DNA from: Bacteroidia bacterium
GTDB lineage: Bacteria; Bacteroidota; Bacteroidia; Bacteroidales; JAPLDU01
Assembly (NCBI GenBank): GCA_026391255.1
Contig: JAPLDU010000069.1
Coordinates: forward strand, 367-64,366
DNA: 64,000 nt
Reading direction: 5' to 3'
In this document: positions 34,977-47,204 of the stretch, in pieces
How positions within the stretch are numbered: the first letter of the stretch is position 1
Layout of the letters: the number at the start of each line of letters is the position of its first letter
Translations under genes and position numbers: made by a program
Notes under the pieces: generated by a model
Databases searched by the model: none
Seen by the model: the letters and a program-made list of their open reading frames with translations, nothing else
What the model was told of the DNA's origin: nothing

Positions 34977-36200
34977 TTATAAACTTGTGGCAAATTTTTG
35001 TTGAAGTTTCGACATATCCCTGGCTACCTTCTTGTCCAGGAGCCGGGCATAAACCTGGGTCATTTTTATGGAGCTATGGCCAAGCATTTTTGAGACACTT
35101 TCAATAGGAATATCGTTATTAAGTGTCACTGTTGTCGCAAAGGTATGACGTGCCATATGCGTTGTCATTTTTTTCCTGATTCCACACATATCAGCAATCT
35201 CCCTCAGATAGGCATTCAGTTTTTGGTTGGAATACACCGGTAATAAAACATGGTGGTTTACACAGTGTGGATTGTCTTTGTACTTTTCTACAATTTCCAT
35301 AGCAGGGGGTAGGAGAGGGATGTGACTGGGATTGTCGGTCTTTGTCCGTTTAGTGTGTATCCAATAATTTCCATCTGTAGCCTGTACCAGGTTATCAGGG
35401 GTCAGTTTTTTAAGATCAGAATAGGCAAGTCCAGTAAAACATCCAAACAGAAATGTATCCTTCACATTCTCTAACCTTTCTATCTGAAAGTCCTTCTTTA
35501 TAATCGTATTCAATTCGTCTTCCGTTAAAAAATCCTTTTCGACTTTCCTTAATTTGAACTTTAATTCGGCAAATGGGTCTTTTGAAATCCAGCCTTTGGC
35601 TTGTGCCAACCTTATTATCTTCTTGAAATTCTTAATGTATTTCATGGTTGTATTATGCCCGCAATTCCTGTCAGTTTTTAGGTATAGCTCAAACCCCGAT
35701 AAGAATTCATGATCAATATCTTCTACAGGAATATCTTCCTTCCGGTACTTTTTCTTTATATAATCCTGCACATGCATCAGGCTGGTTTCATAACGTTGCA
35801 AGGTTGCCGGGGCAAAATCCTTCCCGACTAAGAGTTTTACCTGATTGTTATGCTCATGGAATAAGGAAATGATGAGCTTTTCGTGTGATTTTCCGAGATA
35901 AGATTCCTTAATTGCACTTGGAGTAACCTCCTTTCTTGAATCAATTAAGCGATTGAGATGTTCATTCAAATCGAATTGTGTTCGCTGTATGCACCGGTTG
36001 ATTTCTTTTGCCTCTTTTAAGTTTCCAATTGCTGCTTGCTTTTCAGGACACCAAAGCTCCGGCTGGATGGATTTGAAAATTGAAAACTCAGCATCCTGGC
36101 TGCCAATTCTGATTCTTGCAAAAATTGGTGCTTCACCGTTTTTGAGAAGTTTGGTTCTTTTAATGATGAACCTGATCAAGACATTTTTCCTGTTCGACAT
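34977..36200 (-). CDS. Tyrosine recombinase/integrase (Bacteroidota Arm-DNA-binding type)
   Basis: FGCFTGLAYSD, HMARHTFATT, LGHSSIKMTQVY. Confidence 0.95.
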   Translation of the reverse strand: MSNRKNVLIRFIIKRTKLLKNGEAPIFARIRIGSQDAEFSIFKSIQPELWCPEKQAAIGNLKEAKEINRCIQRTQFDLNEHLNRLIDSRKEVTPSAIKESYLGKSHEKLIISLFHEHNNQVKLLVGKDFAPATLQRYETSLMHVQDYIKKKYRKEDIPVEDIDHEFLSGFELYLKTDRNCGHNTTMKYIKNFKKIIRLAQAKGWISKDPFAELKFKLRKVEKDFLTEDELNTIIKKDFQIERLENVKDTFLFGCFTGLAYSDLKKLTPDNLVQATDGNYWIHTKRTKTDNPSHIPLLPPAMEIVEKYKDNPHCVNHHVLLPVYSNQKLNAYLREIADMCGIRKKMTTHMARHTFATTVTLNNDIPIESVSKMLGHSSIKMTQVYARLLDKKVARDMSKLQQKFATSL

Positions 36201-36442
36201 TTTTTAACCTTTTAAATAGTTTGTAAAAAAGATCAAAACAGTGAAGTATGAAAAATGTAAATCGAAGCAAATTGGTGCAATCGAAGCTTTTTTAGGTGGA
36301 CTTGGCTCAGATTTTTTTTAGTCCACCTGATTCGCCACCAGAACCTTGCGCTTATTTGCTTTTATTTGCTTCGATCTCTTTTTGAAAACTCGCAGAATAA
36401 CAGCATTTTGCGTCAATTTGCTTCGTTTTGCTTTGATAATCA

Positions 36443-36530
<88 letters not shown>

Positions 36531-36732
36531 TGATAATTCTTTGTCAAATTATTACTTATAGCCTAGTCTCTTGAATATGATTCAGACTAAAACTAAGACT
36601 AAGACTAAGATTAATACTAAAACGCTGTCTATGATTCCTTTTTCAATCAGTCATCATATTCGTCTTTTCGGATAATCTCTGATAACAGGTTACTGAAAAG
36701 AGCCGCAAAAATAGAACTTCTCCTGATTTATG

Positions 36733-36740
36733 CAAAAATA
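36733..36740 (-). promoter_or_regulatory. Bacteroidota -7 box upstream of tRNA-Ser
   Basis: TATTTTTG(CA) on the minus strand. Confidence 0.45.
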
Positions 36741-36755
36741 ATATTTCAAATTCGG

Positions 36756-36821
36756 TAGGCAATAGGCAATAGGCAATAGGCAATAGGCAGTAAGCAGTAA
36801 GCAGTAAGCAGTAAGCAGTAG
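36756..36821. repeat. Heptamer tandem arrays (AATAGGC)n(AGCAGTA)n
   Basis: Direct reading. Confidence 0.9.
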
Positions 36822-36992
36822 AACTATATGCATTTAACAATTCCGTAAAGTTTCAATACTCAAAGTTAAAAGTGACAAGTCACAAGTCACAAGTCACTCA
36901 GTGTCAGGTATCAGGATACTTAATCGCTTAGTTCGCCTCGTCGCCCTGTCTTTTAGTCTCTTCGTCCCTTAGTCTCTCAGTCCCTCAGTCCC

Positions 36993-37665
36993 TCAGTCTT
37001 TCAACAATTCAGGGCGTAAAAGCTTAGTCCGTTCAATTGCCTGCTCAAACTGCCATTTGGCAATTTCTTTAGTATTCCCCGACAGTAGTATTTCCGGTAC
37101 TTTCCATCCATTGTAATCAGCCGGCCTGGTGTATACCGGCGGCGCCAGTAGGTCATCCTGGAAAGAGTCGGACAGGGCAGAGGTTTCATCTGAAATAGCT
37201 CCCGGAAGTATCCTAACTATGCTGTCGATGATTATGGCAGCAGCTAATTCTCCCCCTGAAATCACATAATTGCCAATGGATAACTCCAAATCCACAAGAT
37301 GATCACGTACTCTTTGATCTACTCCCTTATAATGCCCGCATAAGATAATGAGGTTCCCGGTTGTGGAAAGTTTGTTCGCCGTTTTCTGATCTAAAATATT
37401 GCCATCTGCACTGGTTAAAATGACTGCATCGTAATGTCTTTCACTTTTCAGTTGTCTTATCGCAAGGTCAATAGGTTCAATGGATAGAACCATTCCGGCT
37501 TCACCGCTGAAAGCATAGTCGTCGATCCTGCGGTGCTTGTCGCGGGAGAAATCTCTCAGGTTGTGAACATGTATTTATGTTCTTTTGCCTGGCCCGTTTG
37601 ATTATGGAATGATTCAAAGGGCTTTCCAGCAATTCAGGAACACCGGTCAGAACATCTATTCTCAT
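36993..37665 (-). pseudogene. trmD: tRNA (guanine37-N1)-methyltransferase with a frameshift near 37570-37580
   Basis: N-terminus MRIDVLTGVPELLESPLNHSIIKRA in one frame; [30 protein letters not shown]...[12 protein letters not shown]...[11 protein letters not shown] in another. Confidence 0.8.
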
Positions 37666-37683
37666 GTTTCTTGTATTTTCAAA

Positions 37684-37898
37684 TTAGGCAATAGGCAATA
37701 GGCAATAGGCATTAGGCAATAGCATAAGGCATTTGACATAAGACATAAACTTGACTTTATGAACTTTATGAACTTTATGAACTTTATGAACTTTATGAAC
37801 TTTATGAACTTTATAAACTTTATGAACTAACAACTAACAACTAACGACTATTGCCTATTGCCTATTGCCTAATGCCTAATGCCTAATGCCTATTGCCT
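37684..37898. repeat. Composite intergenic repeat: (AATAGGC)n - (AACTTTATG)n - (AACAACT)n - inverted (CTATTGC)n
   Basis: Direct reading; the outer heptamer arrays are reverse complements of each other. Confidence 0.9.
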
Positions 37899-38215
37899 GA
37901 TTCTTCCTCAAAAATAGCTAAGTTTTTTTTTAATAGGCGATTGTGGATATGGATGAATTGTGTAATTTCGCGGCTTATTATTTTTTGAAGAAGTTTGATT
38001 TTTTTTAATAATTTATTTTATCAAAGCGAAAGCTTCTGTGTAACAGATGTGTTATGCAATGATTAATAAATAGTTGTTTAAATTTAAATTTTAACGAATG
38101 ACTCTGAAGATGAAAATGATTTTCATCCGATAATAATGTTATTTGTTTGTATATATGTCTTACAGCCAGGTAAATATTCCTGGGGTAATTTTAATGTTAA
38201 TTAATACGCTGATTT

Positions 38216-40696
38216 ATGTCTGAAAATGTTAACTCAAGCAATGAACTGACATCTGCTGAAGCTGGACAGCTTAAAGAAGAAGAAACCAAAGTTGTCAAAA
38301 AAGTTGTAAGGAAAAAGCAAAAGAAAGAATCGACAGATGAACCTGCCGTTATTCCTGTATCTGATGTAACAGAAACTGATAGTACCGCATCACAGGATGT
38401 GACAGAAGGTAAACTTTCTAAGAAGGACACAAAAAAACGAATGTCAAAGGAAACGGTGACCAAAAAGCCCGTTAAAAAAACTGCAAAAGTAAGTATTCCT
38501 AAACCCAGGAAGGAAAAAGCGGTACCGGAAGCCATCACCTCAGACCATGTAGAAACTCCGGAGATTCCTGTTCTTGCTGAAGAAGTACTGCAAGAAACGG
38601 TTTCATCCCGGGTACCATTTGAAAAAATGGCTAAAGTTAAGGAAGAAGCAGATATTGCAACATTGCCTGAAATTCAGTCAGTACAGATTGCAGTTGAACC
38701 TGCTGAAATCCAGACAAGTACTGTAAGTCTTGTTGACGACAATATTTCGTCCTTAGTGGTTGATGAGCAGATCGTTGAGGTAAAGGGAAAAACGGATATT
38801 GCACTATCGCCTGAAACTCCTTCGGAAACGGTTACAGATGAGCCTGAAGTTAAGACCGGACAGGCTGAATTAATCGTATCTGATACAGAGGAAGATGAGG
38901 TAATAATCCCTGCTCCGGATCAGGAATTTACTGAGGATGAGGAGGAAATGGAGGTATCTGGTGGTCATGCTGATTATTCCGTGTATGAAAAACCGGAACT
39001 TATCGGAATATTACGTGAACTTCTTCAGAATGAATATCATCCCAGCGTAAAGAACAATATAGAGAATATTAAGCTCAATTTTTATAAAAAACACCGTTTT
39101 GAAATAGATGAGAAACGCAGGAATTTTGTTGAAAGCGGTCAGCCGGCCGAGCAGTTTGTCATTGAGCCGGATCCGGTTGAAGCAGAATTCAAAGATCTGT
39201 ATAATGTGTACAAGTCCCTGCGGACCGATTTTAATGAAAAATTAGAATCGGAAAAAGAAGAAAACCTGAAGAAAAAATACAAGATCATTGAAGAAATCAA
39301 AGATCTGACAAATAACCAGGAATCGATTAACAGGACCTTTAACGAATTTCGTGATCTGCAACGTCGTTGGCGGGAGATTGGTCTTGTTCCCCAGGCTGAA
39401 CTTAAAAATCTTTGGGAAACTTACCATTACCATGTTGAGAAATTCTATGATTTTGTAAAAATCAACAGGGAATTGAGGGATTTAGACCTGAAGAAGAACC
39501 TGGAAGAAAAAATCAAACTATGTGACAAAGCGGAAGAATTGCTGATTGAACCAAATGTTGTAAGAGCATTCAAGGCTTTGCAGAAATATCATGACCAGTG
39601 GCGTGAAATTGGTCCTGTTCCCAACGAAAAGAAAGAGGAAATCTGGGAACGCTTCAGGGAAGTAACCAATATGATCAATAAAAAACACCAGGATTATTTT
39701 GAAAGTATCCGAAAGGAACAGGAAAACAACCTGGAAGCCAAAACTCTTCTGTGTGAAAAAGCTGAAGAGATCACTGCTGCAGCAATTGATTCACACAAGG
39801 ATTGGGAAAAATACACCGCTGAGATCATTGAAATTCAAAAGCTATGGAGAACCATTGGATTTGCAACCAGGAAAGATAATACCAGGATTTACGAACGTTT
39901 CCGCACTGCCTGTGACTCATTTTTCTCGGCAAAAAGAGGTTATTACGACGAGAATAAAGAAGAACAGAATAACAATCTCCAGTTTAAAACGGATTTGTGT
40001 ATACAGGCTGAATCACTGAAAGACAGTACAGACTGGAAAAAGACCACAGAAGATTTCATCAAACTCCAGGAAAAATGGAAGACTATTGGTCCTGTGGCTC
40101 GTAAACATTCTGATGTGATATGGAAGAGGTTCCGTGCTGCCTGCAACCATTTCTTTGAAGTAAAGGGAAAGTATTTTTCAAATATTGACGAACAATATGA
40201 AGAGAACCTGCGCAAAAAACTGGAAATCATCGAAAAAGTAGAAAAACTGGAACAGTCGGAAAATAGTTCTGATATGCTCGAAATTCTTAAAAATTTCCAG
40301 AAAGAGTTTACTGAGATTGGCCATGTACCTATCAGGATGAAGGATAAAGTACAGAAGCAGTTCAGGGAAGCCCTGAACAAACAGTTTGATAATTTACATA
40401 TTGATGATGTGAAAAGAACTGTTTTCCTGTACAAACAGAAAATGGAAATCATCCCTCAGCCAGGCAGGCCGGTAAGGCAATTCAGGGTGGAAAAAGACAG
40501 GATACTCAGCAACATTAAACAACTGGAAACTGACATTGCATTGCTTGAGAACAACATAGGCTTTTTTGCCCGTACTAAAAATGCCGAAGCGCTTATCAAT
40601 GATGTGAATGCCAAGATTGAAAAAGCACGGAAAAATATTTTGATCGAGAAACAGAAACTAGATATTATTCATAAAATGGAAAACCAGAAACTGTAA
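38216..40696 (+). CDS. DUF349 domain protein with acidic low-complexity N-terminus
   Basis: Repeated ENL..K..LC..AE / LQ..WREIG.VP / IWERFR motifs. Confidence 0.9.
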   Translation: MSENVNSSNELTSAEAGQLKEEETKVVKKVVRKKQKKESTDEPAVIPVSDVTETDSTASQDVTEGKLSKKDTKKRMSKETVTKKPVKKTAKVSIPKPRKEKAVPEAITSDHVETPEIPVLAEEVLQETVSSRVPFEKMAKVKEEADIATLPEIQSVQIAVEPAEIQTSTVSLVDDNISSLVVDEQIVEVKGKTDIALSPETPSETVTDEPEVKTGQAELIVSDTEEDEVIIPAPDQEFTEDEEEMEVSGGHADYSVYEKPELIGILRELLQNEYHPSVKNNIENIKLNFYKKHRFEIDEKRRNFVESGQPAEQFVIEPDPVEAEFKDLYNVYKSLRTDFNEKLESEKEENLKKKYKIIEEIKDLTNNQESINRTFNEFRDLQRRWREIGLVPQAELKNLWETYHYHVEKFYDFVKINRELRDLDLKKNLEEKIKLCDKAEELLIEPNVVRAFKALQKYHDQWREIGPVPNEKKEEIWERFREVTNMINKKHQDYFESIRKEQENNLEAKTLLCEKAEEITAAAIDSHKDWEKYTAEIIEIQKLWRTIGFATRKDNTRIYERFRTACDSFFSAKRGYYDENKEEQNNNLQFKTDLCIQAESLKDSTDWKKTTEDFIKLQEKWKTIGPVARKHSDVIWKRFRAACNHFFEVKGKYFSNIDEQYEENLRKKLEIIEKVEKLEQSENSSDMLEILKNFQKEFTEIGHVPIRMKDKVQKQFREALNKQFDNLHIDDVKRTVFLYKQKMEIIPQPGRPVRQFRVEKDRILSNIKQLETDIALLENNIGFFARTKNAEALINDVNAKIEKARKNILIEKQKLDIIHKMENQKL

Positions 40697-40849
40697 GGAA
40701 TAATCGGTCTGATAATAAGAAAGCATGAGATAATGATTTATGATCCACCTGAGGCGGAATGAATTGTGACTTATTACTTATGCCTTATCACTTATGACTT
40801 TATTCTTCAGTCTGAAAAACCTGATGTTACCATTAATCAATAGGTTGCA

Positions 40850-43201
40850 ATGAGATATATTAAATTTGTTTTTGCTATCATATGCCTTCTGCTGGCTTCG
40901 GTTGTGTCATGGTCGCAGTCCGGTAATATCAGGGGTTTTGTTTACGACAAAGATGACGGTGAACCTATGATATTTACCAATGTGTACCTCCTGGGAACTA
41001 CCATCGGAGGCGCAACGGATATTAATGGTTATTTTAATATTTCCAAAATTAAAGAGGGTAGCTATACCCTGGTGGTTAGTTTTATTGGATATGATACACT
41101 AAAAGTTCCGGTAAATATAAAACCCAATGAAATAATAACAAAGAAACTTTACCTTGTCAAATCGAGTATTCAGCTGGAGGAATTGGTGGTATCGGCTGAA
41201 AAACAGGAGATGAGAACTGAGACTCATACTTCCATTGTAAAGATTTCTCCAAAACAGATGGAACGTTTACCAACTGTTGGTTCTGAACCTGATATTGCCC
41301 AGTACCTGCAGATAGTTCCCGGAGTTGTTTTTACCGGTGATCAGGGCGGTCAACTCTACATCAGGGGAGGTACTCCCATCCAGAATAAAGTCTTGCTTGA
41401 CGGCATGACAGTGTTCAACCCTTTCCATTCAATCGGTCTTTTTTCTGTGTTTGATTCGGATATTATCAAAAATACCGATGTTTATACAGGTGGATTCGGC
41501 GCAGAATATGGAGGAGCAATTTCTTCGGTGATGGATATTACAACCCGCGACGGTAATAAAAAACAACTGTCGGGCAAATTCTCAGCTAGTACTTTTGGTT
41601 CAAAAATATTGCTGGAAGGACCATTTTCAAAACCGGAAGAGGGTTCACACAGCAGTACATCCTTTATCTTCAGCGGTAAGACTTCTTACCTGGAACAGTC
41701 GTCAAAAATATTCTATAATTATATTGACAAGGTGAATGGGCTTCCATTCAATTATACCGACCTTTACGGGAAAATTTCAGTGAATGCGGACAATGGCAGC
41801 AAAGTAAACTTTTTCGGTTTCAAGTTTAATGATCATGTCAATTATCCCAATGTATTCGACATGAAATGGAATGAGACCGGTCTGGGTTCAAATGTCGTAC
41901 TGGTTCCTTCAGGTTCCAATGTGCTGGTAAAGGCAAACATGTCATGGTCAAAATACAGCATCGATTTCAATGAGTTTATCAAACAGTTGACTTCCAATTC
42001 TGATCAGTATCAGACACAAATTAACAACAGCGAAATCAGCAATTTTAATTTTGGTCTTGATTTTACCTATTTTCTCGGTAATAACCAGCTTGATTATGGT
42101 CTTGCAACTTCAGGATGTACGACACAGTATGTATTCGAAAACTCTATCGGCCGCAGGATAGGAGTGAATGAACCCAAGAGTACTACTGAATTGTCTGGTT
42201 ATCTCAAGTTTAAATATACTTACGGCAAACTGATTTTTGAACCAAGTTTCCGTCTTGAGTACTATGCTTCGCTGAGTGAAATATCTCCCGAACCAAGGCT
42301 GGGTATCAAGTATTTGGTAAATGATAAATTCCGCATCAAATTTGGCGGGGGATTATACAGCCAGAGCGTAATAAGTACGGTTTCTGACAGGGATGTTGTT
42401 AACCTTTTCTCCGGTTATATTTCCGAAGTTGATAATCTTCAGGCAAAATTCAACGGTGTATCAGTTAATTCAAACCTGCAGAAATCCGTTCACTCAATAC
42501 TTGGTTTTGAGTACGACATCAATAATAACCTCAATCTGAATGTGGAAGCATATTACAAATATGATCCGCAACTTATTAATCTGAATAAGAACAAAATATA
42601 TGATGATACCTATGCCAATATAAGCGTTGACGATTATTATAAGAAGGATTTTATCATAGAACAAGGACATGCATATGGGCTTGATTTCCTGTTAAAATAT
42701 GATTACAAGCGGGTCTATTTGTGGTTTGTATATTCTTTAGGCTACCTCAAGCATTATGACGGAGTTTATACTTACAACCCGCTTTATGACAGGAGACACA
42801 ATATCAACCTTGTTGGTTCATACGTATTCGGCCGCGACCTCAACTGGGAATTAAACGCCAGGTGGAATCTCGGATCGGGCTTCCCATTCCTGCAAACTCA
42901 GGGCTATTATGAACTTATCCCGTTTTATAATGGAATAAATACACAATACCAGTCATCAAGCGGTGATCTGGGTGTCCTTTATTCTGATATTCAGCACCAG
43001 GGCAGGCTTCCATATTACCACCGCCTTGATATGACAATAAAAAGAGATTTCTTTATTACCACCACTTCAACTTTTGAAGTTGTAGTCAGTGTTACCAATG
43101 TATATGACCGGAGTAATATATTTTATTATGACCGTATTAAAAATCAACGTGTGAATCAATTGCCTATTTTACCTAGCATTGGACTGAGCCTTACTTTTTG
43201 A
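40850..43201 (+). CDS. TonB-dependent outer membrane receptor
   Basis: Signal peptide, CarboxypepD-like N-domain, plug (GQLYIRGG...NKVLLDG), terminal SLTF. Confidence 0.9.
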   Translation: MRYIKFVFAIICLLLASVVSWSQSGNIRGFVYDKDDGEPMIFTNVYLLGTTIGGATDINGYFNISKIKEGSYTLVVSFIGYDTLKVPVNIKPNEIITKKLYLVKSSIQLEELVVSAEKQEMRTETHTSIVKISPKQMERLPTVGSEPDIAQYLQIVPGVVFTGDQGGQLYIRGGTPIQNKVLLDGMTVFNPFHSIGLFSVFDSDIIKNTDVYTGGFGAEYGGAISSVMDITTRDGNKKQLSGKFSASTFGSKILLEGPFSKPEEGSHSSTSFIFSGKTSYLEQSSKIFYNYIDKVNGLPFNYTDLYGKISVNADNGSKVNFFGFKFNDHVNYPNVFDMKWNETGLGSNVVLVPSGSNVLVKANMSWSKYSIDFNEFIKQLTSNSDQYQTQINNSEISNFNFGLDFTYFLGNNQLDYGLATSGCTTQYVFENSIGRRIGVNEPKSTTELSGYLKFKYTYGKLIFEPSFRLEYYASLSEISPEPRLGIKYLVNDKFRIKFGGGLYSQSVISTVSDRDVVNLFSGYISEVDNLQAKFNGVSVNSNLQKSVHSILGFEYDINNNLNLNVEAYYKYDPQLINLNKNKIYDDTYANISVDDYYKKDFIIEQGHAYGLDFLLKYDYKRVYLWFVYSLGYLKHYDGVYTYNPLYDRRHNINLVGSYVFGRDLNWELNARWNLGSGFPFLQTQGYYELIPFYNGINTQYQSSSGDLGVLYSDIQHQGRLPYYHRLDMTIKRDFFITTTSTFEVVVSVTNVYDRSNIFYYDRIKNQRVNQLPILPSIGLSLTF

Positions 43202-43213
43202 ATAGGTAATAGG

Positions 43214-43326
43214 CGCTGAGAGACTTAGGGACGAAGAGACTGAGAGACTAAGAGACGAAGTGACTGGATGACAGACATAACTTTACAAACTTTATGAACT
43301 TTATAAACTTTACAAACTTTATAAAC
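43214..43326. repeat. Composite 8-mer (GAGACT-type) plus 9-mer (AACTTTAYR) array before pyrG
   Basis: Direct reading; same layout as 45150-45310. Confidence 0.85.
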
Positions 43327-43343
43327 TCATTGAAAATGATTAA

Positions 43344-44945
<1,602 letters not shown>

Positions 44946-44951
44946 GCTTCA

Positions 44952-45310
44952 GGCGACCGGGCGAACTAAGCGATGAGGCGACTGTACGATGCGACTGAGT
45001 GACGAAGAGACGGGGCGAACTAAGCGATGAGGCGACTGTACAAGGACGCTATTGAGTGACGAAGAGACGGGGCGAACTAAGCGATGAGGCGACTGTACAA
45101 GGACGCTATTGAGTGACGAAGAGACGGGGCGAACTAAGCGATGAGGCGACAAAGCGACTAAGTGACTAAGAGACTTGGCGAACTGAGCGAAAGGGCGACT
45201 GAGTGACTAAGCGACTTAGGGACTAAGTGACTGAGAGACTGAGAGACGGAATGACAGGCATAACTTTATGAACTTTATGAACTTTACGAACTTTACGAAC
45301 TTTATAAACT
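44952..45310. repeat. ~57-bp tandem repeat (about 3.5 copies) followed by 8-mer and 9-mer arrays
   Basis: GGGCGAACTAAGCGATGAGGCGACTGTAC...GAGTGACGAAGAGAC repeated with near-identical intervening sequence. Confidence 0.9.
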
Positions 45311-45321
45311 AAAAGATTTTC

Positions 45322-47187
45322 ATGGATAGAAAACAAATATTAGGAATTGTACTGATTTTTCTGATTATCATTGGTTACGGTATTATTAGTCAACCCTCGA
45401 AAAAAGAATTGGAAAGAAACAGGCGAATAAGAGACTCAATTGCCACAGTTCTTGCCTCTAAGAAAACGGATACTTTAGAAAAGAAAACAAAGAATACTGC
45501 AACTGATACCACAGTATCAATCAAAAATTTACCTGACTCGCTTAAGCAGAAAAAAGCGGTCGGACTCTATGGTGTTTTTGCCGGGGCTGCAACCGGTACC
45601 AAACAATTTTATACCCTGGAAAATGAATTAGTCAAGATCAGTATTTCCTCTCTCGGAGGCAGGATATATTCGGTTGAACTGAAGAAATACAAGAACTTTA
45701 AGAATGAACCGCTGATATTGTTCGATGGAGATTCCATTGTATTTGGTTTTGATTTCTTTTCCAGCAATAAGCGTATTTCTACCAATGACCTGTACTTTTC
45801 AGCTTTACAACCAGCAGATTACAAGACAGATAACAATCAGAAAATCTCCATGAGACTGAATGTAGGCGAGGATAAATATCTTGAATATGTTTACAGCCTT
45901 GAGCCGGGCTCCTATATGGTTGGTTTTGATTTCAACCTGCACAACATGAATGATGTGATTGCATCAAACATCAATTACCTGAGCCTGAACTGGAGTTACA
46001 GTGTGAAAAACCAGGAGAAAGGCAGACAGTTTGAGCGTGATAACTCATCGATATATTATAAATTCTTTGAAGATGAAGTTAATAACCTGAATGAGCGTTC
46101 TGAAAAAGCCCAGGAAAAACTTGTCACACAAATTAAATGGATTGCATTTAAGCAACAGTTTTTTTCTTCAGTGCTTATTGCCGGTCAGTCGTTTTTGAAC
46201 GGTGAAATTAAGTCGCAGCGCCGGTCTGATACCAATCCTTATCTCAAAGATTATTCTGCACAGCTAAGTATTCCATATGATGGCAGACCTTTGCTTTCAT
46301 TTCCAATGAAGTTCTATTTCGGCCCCAATTCATACAAGACGCTCAAAAGCTTTAATCTCGATCTCGAAAAGCTGGTTCCTCTCGGCTGGGGAATTTTCGG
46401 ATGGATAAACCGGTGGGTAGTAATCCCTACTTTTAACCTGCTGGGTTCCTTTATTTCCAACTTTGGAATTATAATTCTGATACTTACTTTATTACTAAAA
46501 CTGGTTCTGTTTCCTCTCACTTATAAATCCTATTTATCTACAGCCAAAATGAGGGTGTTGAAACCCGAAGTAGATGAGATCAATAAAAAGTTTCCCAAAG
46601 AAAAGGCGCTCGAACGACAGCAGGCAGTGATGGCCATGTACAAAAAAGCAGGGGTAAATCCGCTGGGCGGCTGTCTGCCGGTGGCCTTGCAGATGCCTAT
46701 CCTCATTGCCATGTTCCGCTTTTTCCCTACATCCATCGAATTAAGACACCAGCCCTTCCTGTGGGCCAATGACCTGTCATCCTATGACAGCATTATCAAC
46801 CTGCCTTTTAACATCCCTTGGTATGGAAACCATGTAAGTCTTTTCTGCCTGCTGATGACTATATCAACCATTATTTACACTCGCATCAGCCAGGGTCAGA
46901 TGGCTGATACCAGCAGCCAGATGCCCGGTATGAAGTGGATGATGTACTTCTTTCCTGTGATGATGTTGTTCTGGTTCAATAGTTATGCTTCCGGATTGAG
47001 TTATTATTATCTTCTTGCCAACCTGATGAGTTTCGGCCAGATGGCCATTATAAAAAGGTTTGTTGATGATGACGAGATCATGAGAAGAATTCATGAAAAT
47101 AAAAAGAAACCCGTGAAAAAATCAAATTTCCAGGCCAGGCTTGAAAAGATGGCTAAAGAACGCGGTTATAAAATGCCAAAAAAATAA
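45322..47187 (+). CDS. yidC: Membrane protein insertase YidC
   Basis: YFGPN, GWGIFGWIN, KSYLSTAKMRVLKPE, NPLGGCLP..LQMP. Confidence 0.97.
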   Translation: MDRKQILGIVLIFLIIIGYGIISQPSKKELERNRRIRDSIATVLASKKTDTLEKKTKNTATDTTVSIKNLPDSLKQKKAVGLYGVFAGAATGTKQFYTLENELVKISISSLGGRIYSVELKKYKNFKNEPLILFDGDSIVFGFDFFSSNKRISTNDLYFSALQPADYKTDNNQKISMRLNVGEDKYLEYVYSLEPGSYMVGFDFNLHNMNDVIASNINYLSLNWSYSVKNQEKGRQFERDNSSIYYKFFEDEVNNLNERSEKAQEKLVTQIKWIAFKQQFFSSVLIAGQSFLNGEIKSQRRSDTNPYLKDYSAQLSIPYDGRPLLSFPMKFYFGPNSYKTLKSFNLDLEKLVPLGWGIFGWINRWVVIPTFNLLGSFISNFGIIILILTLLLKLVLFPLTYKSYLSTAKMRVLKPEVDEINKKFPKEKALERQQAVMAMYKKAGVNPLGGCLPVALQMPILIAMFRFFPTSIELRHQPFLWANDLSSYDSIINLPFNIPWYGNHVSLFCLLMTISTIIYTRISQGQMADTSSQMPGMKWMMYFFPVMMLFWFNSYASGLSYYYLLANLMSFGQMAIIKRFVDDDEIMRRIHENKKKPVKKSNFQARLEKMAKERGYKMPKK

Positions 47188-47204
47188 TCTGTAAATCAAG
47201 TGCC

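Noticed and set aside
36643-36840. ORF with AYCLL repeats (and the similar 44949..45152 ORF)
   Set aside because: Products of intergenic tandem repeats
44959-45150. Regularly spaced ~57-bp repeats that could be mistaken for a CRISPR array
   Set aside because: Intervening sequences are near-identical rather than unique spacers, the unit is built from the local 8-mer family, and there are no cas genes
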